Below, piece after piece: positions 1-15,809 of a DNA stretch of 64,000 bases; position 1 is the first letter of the stretch; every line of letters begins with the position of its first letter. The notes under the pieces are model-generated. The model made no database searches, was not told the DNA's origin, and saw only the letters and a program-made list of their open reading frames with translations. A program made the translations under genes and the position numbers. Origin of the DNA: Chrysomallon squamiferum. Taxonomy: Eukaryota; Animalia; Mollusca. The stretch covers positions 12,710,001 through 12,774,000 of the forward strand of contig CM022675.1 of assembly GCA_012295275.1 (NCBI GenBank), given 5' to 3'.

Positions 1-38
<38 letters not shown>

Positions 39-379
39 GTTGAAGAAGATAATGATGATGGTGAAAATGATACATCAGTATTTATTACGTGTAAGTATGT
101 GTGGTATAATGTGTTTGTTTATGTGTTTGTTTGCTTATATGTGTGTTGTGTACTGCATATGTCGGTGCATCATATCTGTACAATTCAAACTGATAGCTCA
201 TCGGATATAAAACTGTCTTACATATTTTTACGTCTGGTATGATTAACCGCTATATTTCTTTTATATTTCAATTGTTAGTATCTGCATCATTCTTAAAGCT
301 AAATTATAAATTATAGCCAATTTTACAGATTGCTGTTTTCTGTTCACAACAATGTCAACTCTAAATTGTTTTTACGTAG

Positions 380-1109
380 AATACCTCGGCTGCTACACAG
401 TTCCGACGACAACGCCAGTACTTGACAATTACCACGACAACAACATACTACAATGTGTTGAGATATGTCGAGGGTTCGGTACGACATACGCAATGGTGCA
501 GGAAAAGTATTGTTGGTGTGAAAATGATCTGAACAATCGCACCGATCCCTCGGGCTGCTCGAATTTCTGTTTCAAAAATCTCATTCAGTCTTGCCCTAAG
601 AGCGATACCGGAAACGTCGCGGTCTATTCTGTTGGTAAATTCCTCTAAAAGATTCGTCGCTCTGGTATCGTGCTTTATAATAATAATAATAATAAGAAGA
701 TTTTATTTATGTATTTATGCTTGCTATATATTATATATCAGGTTATTCATAATTTAAAAATAATATGGATTATTTGCGATAACTACCTATTTTTACATTT
801 TTATAATCTTGTTTAAAAGAAAGATAAAATACGAGTTTATTATACAGTGTTGATTTACTGCTTCATTTTAAACTTCTTCCTCTTCTAGATGCTTACAGAA
901 CTTTCGCATTGTCCTGCGAAGATCTATTTAACCAAGGAATCATGGTTCCCGGAAATTACGTCATCAAATCAAACGTGACATGGTGTTCGTTCATAGGTAT
1001 TTGCATACATTAATGATACAGTAAATGTAACATTAATAATATTTCATTATATTATTATTTTTAAATTTGCACTTAATTTCTATTAGTCGAAAGGTTAGGA
1101 AAAAGAAAG

Positions 1110-1160
<51 letters not shown>

Positions 1161-1928
1161 CAAACAATAACTACTAGCATGCTATTGATTAAATGGGCCT
1201 ATTCACAATCAAAATATTATCATACGTAATAAAAGTTAAAAAAAAAAAAAATAATAATAATAGCATTAGCAACACATATAAAAGTAATAATAATAATAAT
1301 AATAATAAGTAAATGAATTAAAAATTATTCATTTTTCAGATAACAGTACAGTATGTGATTCAGCGGTAGACGGGAGCTCGATTGGATTGGGCGAAAAGGG
1401 ATTTTGTTTCACATTTGACTTCAGAAAAGCCAGTCATTCACAAGCAATACAGAAATGTTCTCAGAAATCAGCTTTAGTTTCCATTAGGAACCGAGAACAT
1501 CTGAACATTTTGAAACGCATAATTTGGAGTATGAAACACAATCAAATTTTTATTAAAATGTCCATACTATTAATATCACAGATTTGTATTTCATATGTAT
1601 AATGTATTAAAATGTATATCTGTACATGTGTGAGTATGTTTGTATGTACATGTTTGTATGTATGTTTGTGTGAGTGTGTATATGCATGTATATATGTATT
1701 TGTATATTTGTTTCTGATTTTGCATATATGTTTGTATTTGTATGTATATGTTTTGTTTTTTTTTTTGTATGTATTATGTATGCTTTTCTGCATATTTGTA
1801 TGTGTAAGTGTACATACTTGCATATGTGCATCTATTTCTATATTGTATATATCTGCATATATGTATTTATCTAAGTATATATTTATATGTACTTCTTTAT
1901 GTATATCTGTGTGTGTGTATGTGTGTGT

Positions 1929-1992
<64 letters not shown>

Positions 1993-4280
1993 TGTCATCT
2001 CGTTGTTTGCGAATCTATTTTCTTTTTATTAAAAACTGCGCCTGTAGTATATTAACAATCCTGTCGTTGCAGACTCCAAGACTTACAGCAGGAGAACTGT
2101 GTATGTTGGCGCTTTTGACCAGTTCAATCAAGGACTTTTTTCTTGGGCAGATGGATCGTTGATGAAATTTATTCCCTGGAATAAGAATTTTATAGCCGGA
2201 GACGGACGTTCGGTCGCTATGAACCCCTATGCGTATATGGTATTTTCAAATCAGAACCCCGAAGATAAAGAGTTGTTTTATGTTTGTCAGCAACTCAAAG
2301 GTGAGAACTTTTAATTAGAAAACCTTATTTCTGTATATATATATATATCTGTGTATCTCTCTCTCTCTCTCTCTCTCTCTCTGGTTGTCATTTTTACGGT
2401 TACAGTATCAGTAGTAGTAGTAGTTGTTGTTGTTACAATAGTAGTAGTAGTAGTAATAGTAGTAGTAGTAGCAGCAGCAGAAGTAGTAGATGTAGCAGCA
2501 GTGGTAATAATAAGTAGCTGTCATTTTTACATCAACTTCAGTGGCATTTTGTGTGTGTGTGTTTATGTGTCTTGCGGACAGAAAATGATAGGCTAATTTG
2601 TTGCGCCTCTACATTTCATCCTTATTGTCCCAGTTTATGGAGCACTGCTATATGATATGTGTGGGATACGACGTGCTCACTGGCAGCAACGTAAAGTGAG
2701 CTTTTTTACAGAATCCATTTGGCATACTGCGAAGCTGCACTCAGTAGTGATGTCATCTGATACTCTTACACATCCGAAACACTCTGTCATAGCGTATCTT
2801 GATCCCCAATCCAGTCAAAGTGTATTGATTTGGTCTGACGGACCAGTGTCACAATTCAAAAACAGTTTCATAGCAGCTGCTGTGATTTCGCTACAGAAGT
2901 AAATAAGAAAATCATCACTGGAATTTCTTTGTCGCTTATCAAGGGCGCCTACTGATGGTACTGGTGACTTTGTAAAGTGCTGTATCTCGGCTGCAGTGAA
3001 ACAAAGGAAAACAGCAGTGGTGAAGCATTCATCTTCGTTGAGGAGTTTGTTGAGTTTGTTGAGGTGGCTATGAACAAGGCACTGGCCAGCGTATTTGAAA
3101 TGAGGACCTCAGATAGAAAGAGCTGTTTGCTGATGTCAAAATTATCAGAGGAAAAACCTGGTTCCAGAACCTCACCACTGAGGATGGTCCCCATCAATCT
3201 GACAAATGATGAAGTGTAATGAAGAGTTTCTCCATTGATATTAAAACATTTTTCATCACAGTAGTGAACCGGTTAAAATTAAATAAGATGTAAATCTACA
3301 TCAGGGAATTTGAAGACAATTTACTGTATCAATATCTGCATCACGGTATATTAGTTAAAGAATGTGATATGTACTGTACTGTCTATTAATAAAGTATCTT
3401 TTTTTCATTCGTGATAGTTTTTGTTTTATTTATTTATTTATTTATTTATTTTTTTTATTTATTACTGATTTTTTCACAGATTATATGGGTTGTTTCTACA
3501 TGCCGGCCACAATGGAGCCAATAGCTTCAGAATATTCAACCATGACTTTAACTCTGTGCAAGCAATTGTGCATGGGTAATAACAAACAAGTTGCCATGGT
3601 ACATCCAACCAGCTGCTACTGTGTCAACCAATCAGATCTGTCCTTATTTACGTCTGCTAGCGAGGCCCTGTGTGACCAGCCGTGTCCAGGAAATAAAGTG
3701 CAAATCTGCGGAGGAGAAAACACTCTGAGAGCTTTCAGTTTAGGTGAGTCTAGTGTGTCTAGTTTATTCCTGTAGTGCAGGCATGTAGCCTATACACACT
3801 ATTTTTATATATTATTATTATTAACAACGTTTGATATGGAATAAAAAATAAATTAAAAAAAATTTATATACAATTATTCTTTGTTAATAATAAAGTATGA
3901 TTATAATGTAACACGATAAAAATGATTCCCAGAGGCTTGTTCCATTCTTGACGAATTTGTTTTTAGAACAGAAAAAACATGAGTTACGTCATAGTTTTCT
4001 GTTTTTCTTTTCGTTCTCTTTCCCCTTTTTATCATCATGTACTCCTCCTTCATTTTTCTTCTTCTTTGCTTCAGAACATTTTCTCCTGCGTATCACATTC
4101 GTCACAAAAGTGATCGTCTTCGATTTCTTCTTCTTTGGAGTCGTCAAAATATTTATTTTCTTCATCTTCTTTTTCTCCATCATTATCTTCATAATCTTCA
4201 TTGTTTTTCCGTATTCTTCTGTTTTTCATATTCAAGTTTTTTCTTTTTAATTTTCCTCTTCCAATTCAGTTGCAAAAAAG

Positions 4281-4324
<44 letters not shown>

Positions 4325-6121
4325 AAAGAAAAAAAAAGAAGAAAAGAAACTACAATCAGAAAACACTAACAACTAGAATTAAGCAATATGAACAATAATT
4401 GTAGGCACTAACTGTTTTTCATTCATTTTTGTTTGATTTCAGATTTCGATGACTTGGCTGAAAACTGCAGTGAGCTGTACACGAATGGAATCCTGTATGA
4501 GGGAGACTATTTACTTAGAAATTCCTCTACAGGACAAAATTACACGACAACATGCGGCTTCAGTAGTATGCTAATTTTGTTATTAATATTATCATGTCCA
4601 TTAATAATATTATTATCATTACTACTATTGTTGTTGTTTTTGTTACTCTTATTATTGTTATTATTATTATTATTATTGTTTATTATCATTATTATTATTA
4701 TATTTTAGTAGTAGTAATAGTAGTAGTAGTAGAAGTAGTAGTATTCTATGATCACCATTATTATTGTTAATACTGTTAATAAAAGTTGCAGTAGCAGCAG
4801 TAATAGTAGTGGTAGTAATAATAGCTGTGGTAAAAAAACAGCAGCAACTTCACTGGCATGGGTGGTAACATCAGCAGCACGGATGTCAAAGTAGAAAGAA
4901 TTATTAATAGCTGTACGATAACAAGAAAGTCAAACAAGATTAGAGATCTGGCAGGCAGACACATGTATAAGAGGTGCTGTACTCTACGTCACTTTTTATT
5001 TTTCAGAAAATTCTACGTGTCATCCAGGCTGGATAGAACGCAATGGGAGTTGTTTTTTCTTTGTACCCAAAGAGGCCTCGTTGTCAGATGCCCTCACCGG
5101 ATGTAGACAACACAGCGCCATTTTGTACACGCCGCACAGCCAGGAATCGTTAGAATTCATCGAGACACTGGTAAGACTAGTTCCGCCATGGACCACGTTC
5201 CAGTACTGGCATTTAGGAGCAGTGTCGCTAATGGACAACTCCTTCTATCAGACAGCAGACGGAAGACTCCTAGATCTGACTTCACTGGAGAACGACCGAG
5301 AAGGCGGATCTTGTCTGTTTGTGGATATCACGACTGGTGAATTTCACAGACAGGACTGCGAGAACAGTGAAAAATTACCTTTCATTTGTGTGAAATCAAA
5401 AGGTAGTTTAATTTACATTTATAATTATCATTTCCCCTCTCTCTCTCTCTCTATAAATAATACATTTGGTATTTTCCTCCTTTTATGTTTCAAGCTGGAG
5501 TGAAAAAAAACTGCAAAATGCACATTAATATTTTCCACAATTCCAGATTAATAAATACGTATACATATTTTATTATTCGCTTTTAGCATTACTAGGCTGC
5601 AGCAGCATTCCTCCCGAACCTGCATTTTCTACTTCACTGAACAGTATGTCTGCTGGACAATGTATCCACTACTGCAAGGGACACAACTCGTCCTTTGCTG
5701 GCGTTCTAGAAACAACGTGCTACTGCTTAAATAACGTCACGGCGACTCAGTCTGATGAGGTTTGTAACACGACCTGTCCTGATGCGTTTATTCAGTTGTG
5801 TGGATCTTTCGATCAGCAGTCAATGTCTTTGTATCAAACAGGTAAGATAGATCGCTACGTAACCTTTGTTTATTTAATAAATTTACTACACAGATTGTTT
5901 TAATCAGTGAGTAACACTATGTGAACATTTTAAAAGTAATCAGTTTTGTTCAGTAACTTGATGTCTAGTTTGACTAACAAATGTATCTGAAAAACAAGTA
6001 AAAGTACTAAATCATGGTTTTTTGTTATAATGTTGAAGATGATGATGAGGTTGATGATGAAAATGATTATTATTCTTGAATATCCCCTTCAGCAGTTATA
6101 ACAACAACAACAACAACAGCA

Positions 6122-6175
<54 letters not shown>

Positions 6176-7775
6176 CAATGTTTCTTGTTTACATATATAA
6201 TTTCAGAATTAAAAGTTTAGTTATGTTTTTTTATCATTTAGGAATTTCAGATCTGGCCAAGCCATCGTCCTGTGACGAGTTATTTGAATATGGGGTGACC
6301 CTGCAGTCAAATTACTTCATCTATCTCAATGGACAGCCTTTTCTTACAGAGTGCTTTGCAGCAGGTATGATTTTTATTTTATTTTTTTAATCACTTGTTG
6401 ACTACATGTCAAGTCCAGCAGTGACTATGAATGACTCTGATCTCTGTAGATCACATCTTGTGTCACACAGTTTCTTCTGAAAAGCTTTACTTCCTTGTTA
6501 TTATTATTATTATTATATTATTAATCTTATTATTATTAATCTTATTATTATTATTATTGTTGTTATTGTTATTATATTGTTGTTTTTATTGTTATTATTA
6601 TTATTGTTATTGTTATTATTATTATTGTTATTGTTATTATATTTTTGTTTTTTTTATTATTATTATATTACTGTTATTATATTCTTATGTATGTAGATAT
6701 GTATATGTATATAACTATATAATTATATATATATATAGTTGTATATAGTTACATATATATATATATATATATTACACACACACAACATATTGATTTTACA
6801 TAATTGTTATTGTACATATGTATGCATGAAGTTATGAATGTATGTGTTTGAAGTAAATTAATGATATGTTAAAGGTGTACAGTACATGGCTATAGTAGAC
6901 AACAGTGTTGGAATATTCTCAGCCTCTTCAGAAAATAGTTCAGTGCATGCTGCAGAAAATGCCAGGTGGGTCATGATAATTTCTGATATGTGTTAACTTT
7001 GTAATAGTTGTTGTTGTAGTAGTGGTAACAGTGGTAGTGGTAGTAGTGGTAGTAGTAGTAGTAGTAGTGGTAGTAGTTGTAGTAGTAACAGAAGTAGTAG
7101 CAGTAGTAGTAGTAGTAGTAATGGTGGTGATTGTGATGAAGTAGTGGTAGTAGCTGTTGTAGTTGTTGTAGGGGTAGAAGTAATAGTAGTAGTAGTAGCC
7201 ACAGCAGCACCAGTTGTAGAAGCAGTAACAACAGTAGTAATAGCAGAAGCAACAGCAATATCAGTGGTAATCTTGGTGTTGACGGTAGTAGTAGTAGTAG
7301 TAATAGCAGAAGCAACAGCAATATCAGTGGTAATCTTGGTGTTGTGGTGGTGGTAGTAGTAGTAGTAATAGCAGAAGCAACAGCAATATCAGTGGTAATC
7401 TTGGTGTTGACGGTGGTGGTAGTAGTAGTAGTAGTAATAGCAGAAGCAACAGCAATATCAGTGGTAATCTTGGTGTTGACGGTGGTGGTAGTAGTAGTAG
7501 TAGTAATAGCAGAAGCAACAGCAATATCAGTGGTAATCTTGGTGTTGACGGTGGTGGTGGTGGTAGTAGTAGTAGTAATAGTAGTAGTAGTAGAATTGAT
7601 AATATTTCCTTAAAAAATCTTCAAATAACAAGTAAAAGAAGATGGAAGTGTTCATGAATCTTGCTGGATGCATAAATTTGGTGTCAAACTTTATTATTAT
7701 CAAAGACTGGATTTGTGAATGGGGGAAATATCAATATACAGATGTATTACATACTGAGAACATTATATATTTATA

Positions 7776-7836
<61 letters not shown>

Positions 7837-9217
7837 TCTTTTTCTTTTTTGTTGTTATTGTTACTAATATCATTATTACTCTTTTTTATTCATTTTTTTC
7901 CCCAGAATTGGATCAGATTTCATTTCAAACAATGTGTGGAAACCAAAACCGACTGATACGAATCCATGGTTACAGATAGAACTACCAGCAGATTACATTG
8001 TTACTGCTGTCACAGTTCAAGGTCAAAAAATTTACTTCATATATTATCACTGAAAACAGTTTTAGGAGATATAGAGATTTTGTATGGGTATGTGTGTACT
8101 CTGTATGTATTTTTATATTTTCTGTGTGTGTGTATGTATATGCTTTGTATGTATATGTGTGTGTATGTGTGTAGATGTGTATGTCTGTCTATATGGGTAA
8201 ATATAACTATATATGTTAGTACATGTATAGCATATCATACTACTAACTTAAAATATGTTTAAAACAATTTCCTAAATAATCCTCTCCTATTTAAACTAAG
8301 GATCAGTGATTTTGAATCGAGTGTTACGATTGAAAATTAAGACACTGTGTGTGAGAGAGCAGTATTAATAATTATCAGTCTGTGTTTGTTGTTTTTGTAA
8401 TTACAGGTGGAAGAAAGGTTCTCACCGAATGGACGCCATCATTCCAACTTCAGTTTAGCATTGACAACGTTGCCTGGGAAACATACACAACTGAGGTAGC
8501 CATGTTGGCTTTTTAACACAAATTTGGTCTTTTACAGAGAGAAAATCATTTAAAATCATTATAAAATTAGATATAAATAAAAGAGGTGTTGGCTGTGGGT
8601 TTTAAAATTGTTGTAGATGATTTTGTTCATAGTGGTTTTTTTACACACACATACTTGAACACTATTAACCTGTACCAGCTAAAACCAGTGCCCCATACTT
8701 ATTTTTATTTTATTCTAGTTGCCAGGCAGCAGCAACCCAGCAATACCTGTGACAAATTTTCTGCTTCATCCTTTTGTGTCGAGGTTTGTTAGGCTATTTC
8801 CTAAAACTGACAAGACAGTTGATGGCATTGCTTTACGAGTTCAGCTTCATGGACAGAAGTTTGAAGTTTTCAATTGTACGTGCATTCACTGTTCACTGAT
8901 AACGTTACTGCTTTTTATATCTTGTTTTCACTGATAACATTACTTCTGTTTATTTCTTGTTTTCACCGACGTTTTTGTATGTCCCAGTTTGCAATACATC
9001 ACAGCTATTTCATCAAATGATTTTTATTGTAGATTTCAAATTTTTGTCAGATTAATATTTAGGCAATTAATAAAAATATGTGTGTAATAAAAAATATATT
9101 CTGCAGTTCAAAATAATACTATAAGTATAAATAAAAACATTTAAGGTGTATTGTTCTGGATAATGAAATAATAATAAAGTAATAGTAATAATAACAATAA
9201 TGATAATAATAATAATG

Positions 9218-9248
<31 letters not shown>

Positions 9249-9304
9249 TACTGATGATCATAATAATAATAGTAATAATAATAATAATGATAATAATGAT
9301 GATC

Positions 9305-9343
<39 letters not shown>

Positions 9344-10443
9344 GTAATATAAAAATGTTTCAGATGGTGATCTGTTTGTAGGCTGCTTTGCCTACTCCAG
9401 TGAGTCTGACTGCAGTGAGCTCACTGAGCTAACTTCCAGTGAGCAGTGTAGTGAGCAGTGTGAGTCTGACTATCCATTCTTCATCACTGGTGAGTATAAC
9501 CATCATTTATCAATGTCATTTATTTATTCATTTCATTTATTCATTTATCTTATTCATTACCTGATTTATTTTAATTCATTGACTGATTCATTTGTAAATT
9601 TGTTCATTCATTCATTGATGCATTTATTTATTTCTGTGGTTTATTCTTTATCTAATTTTATTTTGAATGCAATCAGGTAGCTCATACCATCATTCAGAAT
9701 ATTTTGAACTAGAAACTAGGATTTTAACTTTCAGTTGAACTAAACATGACTGCTTTTTGCGGATGTACAAAATATGCCAAGATGTACGGACAACTGGATG
9801 TATCTGCTTGCAGTTCATCTTCTAACAACAAAAGTAAACCCATCGGATCTGATACATTGCATTCCATAGCTGTCTTCAGAACATACAGTAAGACTCTGAA
9901 CAAAGATTTTTACAATTTTAAACATTCAGAGGTAGAATGAATAAAACAGAATTTGTTTTTTGTGTATTCTGATAATTGCTTCATTTGTTGTTAGATTTGA
10001 GAGAGATTTGTAAATGTAAACAGCACAGATTCTGTTACTAATAACCAATGATATAGATTTTTTATTTTCAATTTTTCTTAAAACAGAGAAAAGCTGTCCG
10101 GAAGTTAATCCTGTTGGTAACTCAACTTCAACAATACTTCGACATTACAACAGCAGCAGCAACGCGATGATGTACAGAACCACCATTCACTACGTCTGTG
10201 AGACAGGACATGAGTTCCCAGACAGTGGAAACACAGAGGAGATGATCACATGTCTACAGAATAACACCTGGTCAAACAGTGTGCAGGCTTGTCAGAGTAA
10301 GCTGAATTATTAATATGTGAAAATATACAAAAAATATACCAAATAATAGATCAAATAGTTCAAAAAGATAGTAACAGAAGTTCTAATTTCTTCATTGTTT
10401 CTTTCAGAGCATGTAATATGAGGGAGAAAGGAGAGGAAAGGAA

Positions 10444-10496
<53 letters not shown>

Positions 10497-12123
10497 ATGA
10501 ATGAATAATGGTTTATTTAAATTCAAATTTTATGTATTACAGTTAAATACTGCCCTCCACCCGAGCACATTGCCAACGGCAGCACAACGTACACAACAAT
10601 GTCGTACAACTCGACCGTGGTGTACACGTGTGAACTCGGGTTTGAGTTTTCAGCTGGTCAGCAGACAGTGGTCAGCAGATGCCTCGACACAAAACAGTGG
10701 AGCAAAACTTCGCCTGCCTGTCAACGTGAGATTTTCTTTTTAATTATCAACAATCGTTTTATTTTGATTACATAGCTCTCAGGACTGTCTGTTACACCAG
10801 TTCTTCTTGCAGTTTACAGAAAGATTTTAATGTATTTCTGTCTCTCTGTTTTAAAGGTAGACGATGTCCTGCTCCTCCAAGTATAAAAAACACTTACATG
10901 GAGAATGAAATGGATGTCTACTATTATGGAGACAGTCTGAGATTTTCATGTTTACCGAGTTCTAGATTCAGTGACAACACCACACAGAAATCTGTTGTCT
11001 GTACAGCTGATGGAAACTGGACTGAAATCAATGATGTCTGTGTGTGTAAGTAATGCATAGTCATAGATATTCATACACTTTATTATTAGCAAAGGTTGGG
11101 GTTGAGTTAAAGTGAAATCATTAAATAGTAAACAAAATATTCTTACGAATCCATAAATTAAAAAAAAACAAGTTTGTACATATGTGTGTCTATGTATATG
11201 CATGTGTATTTTAGGTTACTTACCGTCATCAAAAGAATGATGTAAGAAGAAGCAAGTAAAACAGTCAGCTGTGTATTAATGAATTATTAAAGTTATTTTT
11301 TCAAATGGACATTTTAATTATTTCAGATTTTGAGTGTCCTGCACCTCCTCTTATTACAAAGGCAAGCAGTGTGAGGACTGCTGACAACAAAGCTGTGTAC
11401 AAATGTGTCCCTGGTTACGAGTTCTCCGACATGTCCACCACTGTGATGCTGGAGTGTGGTGTCAACTATGTGTGGGACAACATCGGCGTTACCTGTGTTC
11501 TGAAAGGTCAGATAATTAGTGTTGTACCTGAAAACAGATGATAAAAGTAATCTTTCTCTTGTTCACTCTGTCTCTCTCTCTCTCTTATTCTTTCTCATAT
11601 TAAATGTTTTTTCTTTTATGGTCCCTTTTCTTCCAGTCTTTCTGTTTGTACCATTTTCTCTGTCTTTCTAGAAGTCCATTTCTGTCTGTATCTTTTTACT
11701 TCTGTCTGTCAGTGTTACTTACTACAGACAAACATACTCTCTCTCACTCTCAGTAGATAAATTGTCTTCTATTACTAGCATCAATTCCCATGCTTTTACA
11801 CATCATAATGTCACTGTGTACATGTTTTCAATAAGCCACTGATTTTAAAACTTACCTCACCAGGTCAAGCTAAACACAGAGAGTCGCCAGTGTGTGTGAG
11901 CAGGTTTGGACAGAAGCTGCTAGGTGAGCGTGAGTTTGTATCGGCCAGAAGTAAATTTGAATGTGCGGCTGCCTGTCTCGCTCACCAGCAGTGCCACTCG
12001 TACAACCATCGAGAAAACTCTGAGACGAGAAACTGTGAGCTGATGGTGGGTTCTCAGTTTGTTTATCAGTATGATTCTGATCCTGACTGGACTGTGTACC
12101 AAATGAGAGAAAACTGCCAATAG
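380..12123 (+). CDS. 5'-truncated multi-exon gene for a large mosaic extracellular protein: [WSC + fibrinogen-N-like + C-type lectin] x2, WSC + fibrinogen-N-like, F5/8 type C (discoidin), WSC-like, 4 sushi/CCP, C-terminal PAN/apple
   Basis: In-frame GT-AG exons read by eye: 380-634 (WSC, YLGCY...CWC), 889-996 (SCEDLFNQG..GNYVI), 1340-1528 + 2073-2300 (CTL), 3480-3743 (WSC), 4443-4565 (NCSELYTNG..GDYLL), 5007-5402 (CTL, CHPGWIERNGSCF...LPFIC), 5587-5841 (WSC), 6251-6364 (SCDELFEYG), 6875-6965 / 7906-8021 / 8407-8495 / 8719-8875 (F5/8C: FSASS, PWLQIEL, VTAVTVQG, SRFVRLFP, ALRVQLHG), 9364-9489 + 9735-9888 (WSC-like), ~10087-10297, 10543-10725, 10857-11045, 11327-11506 (sushi), 11864-12123 (PAN: CAAAC..CHSYNH..NCEL, stop TAG). 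The start lies upstream of the window. Confidence 0.85.
2640..2985 (+). mobile_element. Degenerate DNA-transposase fragment, Sola2-like, inside an intron
   Basis: Translation gives SDTLTHPKHSVIAYLD...VLIWSDGPVSQFKN, then after a stop and frameshift WNFF..../PTDGTGDFVK. This resembles the SDGxxxQFKN and WNFFATSHGKGPxDGxGGxVK motifs of Sola2-type DDD transposases. No TIRs identified. Confidence 0.6.
7233..7560. repeat. Intronic minisatellite, 5 copies of a ~50-bp core separated by variable (GTG/GTA)n
   Basis: GTAATAGCAGAAGCAACAGCAATATCAGTGGTAATCTTGGTGTTG recurs at about 7236, 7299, 7364, 7433 and 7503. Confidence 0.9.
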
Positions 12124-13599
12124 TTTTCATTGAAAGAAACTTTTGTAATAAATATTGTCAAAACTTAAGAGATTTCTTATACATGCATACATACATACAC
12201 ACACACACACATACATATTGTGAAGTAAAATGAGGTACAAGACTTTTGTTGTTAGATAATGATAAAAAAAATTAAAAAGTATAGATATGTATGTATTTGT
12301 TATAGCTATGAAAAGTGCTTTTCAGAAATTTATAATTATGTTATTATATTACTTCTAAGATCACCAAACTCACATATATAAAATGATAAGAATATAATAA
12401 AGTTTGCTGTACATTTGTCAAAACTCGAAGACACTTTAGATAATGTAAGCATGAAAAATGGCACAACTATGACAGCCTTAACAAAATAATAAAATTTATG
12501 TGGACTTTAATAACATTTATAAGATAATTAAAAATGACATCTTTTGTGTAGATAACGGAATAATATTTACATTGGAAAATGTTATGAGAATTCATGAAAG
12601 AAAACGTTGCTATGACAACTCTGAATAATGTTCTGACTAGATGGTAATAACATGGTTAATCTGAAAGTTCATAATGTATCTTTGACGAATGTGAAAACGT
12701 GATTTAGAAAACAATGTACATATTAGAAATTATTCATTGTGTAACATAACAAATGATGTGTATATGTACACATCAGATGTAATATCAGTGCTGTTGTCAA
12801 TTTATTTAAATGATGTAGGCTGTTCTTTGTGTATGTTATAAATAATGGTATTTTTCGAAGAAATGTATCTTATAATCTTAATTATTTGGTTTAAATGTGC
12901 AGTAACAGACATCCACATAAAGTAAATAATATCAACAGTTTGTGAGTTTGTTGTCTTTTAGTCGACTGGCTACAATTTCTGTGATTAAAACTCTGGCATG
13001 AGATTAAATATACAGCCTCAGTTCACCTGGATGTAGTCTGCACTATTTTTACACAACTGATAACAATCAGAGATGTGTTAATGAAGGCTAAACAATTGTA
13101 GAATATTTGTTATATCCTTTTTCACTTGGCAAGATGGCTGGATAGTGCAGACATGAACATGTTTCTTTCAGTTAAACTTTTCCTAACACGATGCAGGAAG
13201 AATGACATGGTTTGAGTGTTCCCATTGTCAGTCACACACATTTTCTACTCATTCTTAAAGAAAAATTCACCACCTCTGTTGAATTATTAAAATTCTAAAA
13301 CCTTTTATAGACATTTAAAAAAATAAAATAAATTTTAAATTTCAATTAAATGTGATACTTATATTTTGCACACCTCTTTGCATTGCACTTTATAAAACTT
13401 CAGAAATTTTTATATTATTTTACTATTTAATTTTATATAAATCATTTTATTACTTCTGACACCAAACAGCTATTATTTTTTCTCCTGCTGGGGAGCTGTT
13501 AAATAAACATTCATTTATTTAGAACTCAACCGTTTCCATTATATTTATTTTGAGCTATAGTATGAAATATATCCAGCTCCCTATTTTAATATAGACACA

Positions 13600-13658
<59 letters not shown>

Positions 13659-14108
13659 TTGGCCTTTTTAACAATGTAGTCACATTTCAAATAACTTCAA
13701 CACAAACAAAATGTTCCTTATTAATCTTTATTCTGTAGTTCAAAAGACCAAAGCTGGTCAGTAAACTGAACTGTATTAAATACTACCAACATGTACTTAG
13801 AGTTGCAGATGTATATATTTATTAAGCAAGTACAAACAACAAGGTGGAATTGACTATAATAAAGTATTCTATAATATAGCTGCTTTTTTAAAAATAAATT
13901 TGAGTTGCACTGCAGCTTTTATTCTGTTCTGAAAATGCAATAAAGTACATCAAATGTCCACAGCTTTTTTAATCCATTCCTTGAGTGTTCTTGTATTTTT
14001 TAATAATTATTATTTTTATAAATAGATTCTTCCCACCCCATGATTTGTTGACTGTCCAATGAAAAAATGTCCTCTGAAGTGAAGATGCTAAAGTCCTGTT
14101 TGATTTTA

Positions 14109-15161
<1,053 letters not shown>

Positions 15162-15809
15162 GATAAACTGTAATAAATATATAAATAAATAACATCTAAT
15201 AATTTCAATAAATGCTATCCTTCATACATTAAAAATGTGTACATGTCTTTTTATTACGTACATAATACGTACCTTATTAATATTATTATGTCTTTAATAA
15301 TTAAATTCTAAATTATGATTATCAATATTCTAATTATTTGTTTCAGATCCGTCATATTATCTAAAATCATTAAGTATCCAATTTAACGAAGTCGAGTGTG
15401 TAATCATTCTTTTTAAATTTAACATACATAGTCAAGACAGTGACGACAGTCTGTAACAATTGATTACTAATACTAACACTGTTGATTTTATGAATCGGTT
15501 ACCACTTGAAACAAGGTAAAAATTGAATTTTACTATTTATTACTCATACTAAAAGATCATCATAATAATAAATGATAAAACAAAGGATATAAACATTAAT
15601 ACTAAATACCAGATTACTCGGTTTAGTATAGCCTTAAAATCATGAAGAAAAAGAAAATATCAAAATCAAAATCAAAATGACACGTCGACAATTTGCCAGT
15701 TGTAGTACATATGGATAAACGAGAAAAAAAGTATCACCCGATCAAATACTCAAACCAGTTTGGATTAAAAAGATAATCTATCAAATGAAAAAATATTAAT
15801 ATTACTTAC

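Noticed and set aside
7233-7560. CRISPR-like regularly spaced repeats
   Set aside because: The spacers are simply (GTG/GTA)n microsatellite, so this is an ordinary minisatellite.
12606-12619. X-box-like GTTGCTATGACAAC (also ATAACCATGGTAAC at 58917-58930)
   Set aside because: Not near any inferred TSS, and several degenerate X-box matches are expected by chance in 64 kb.
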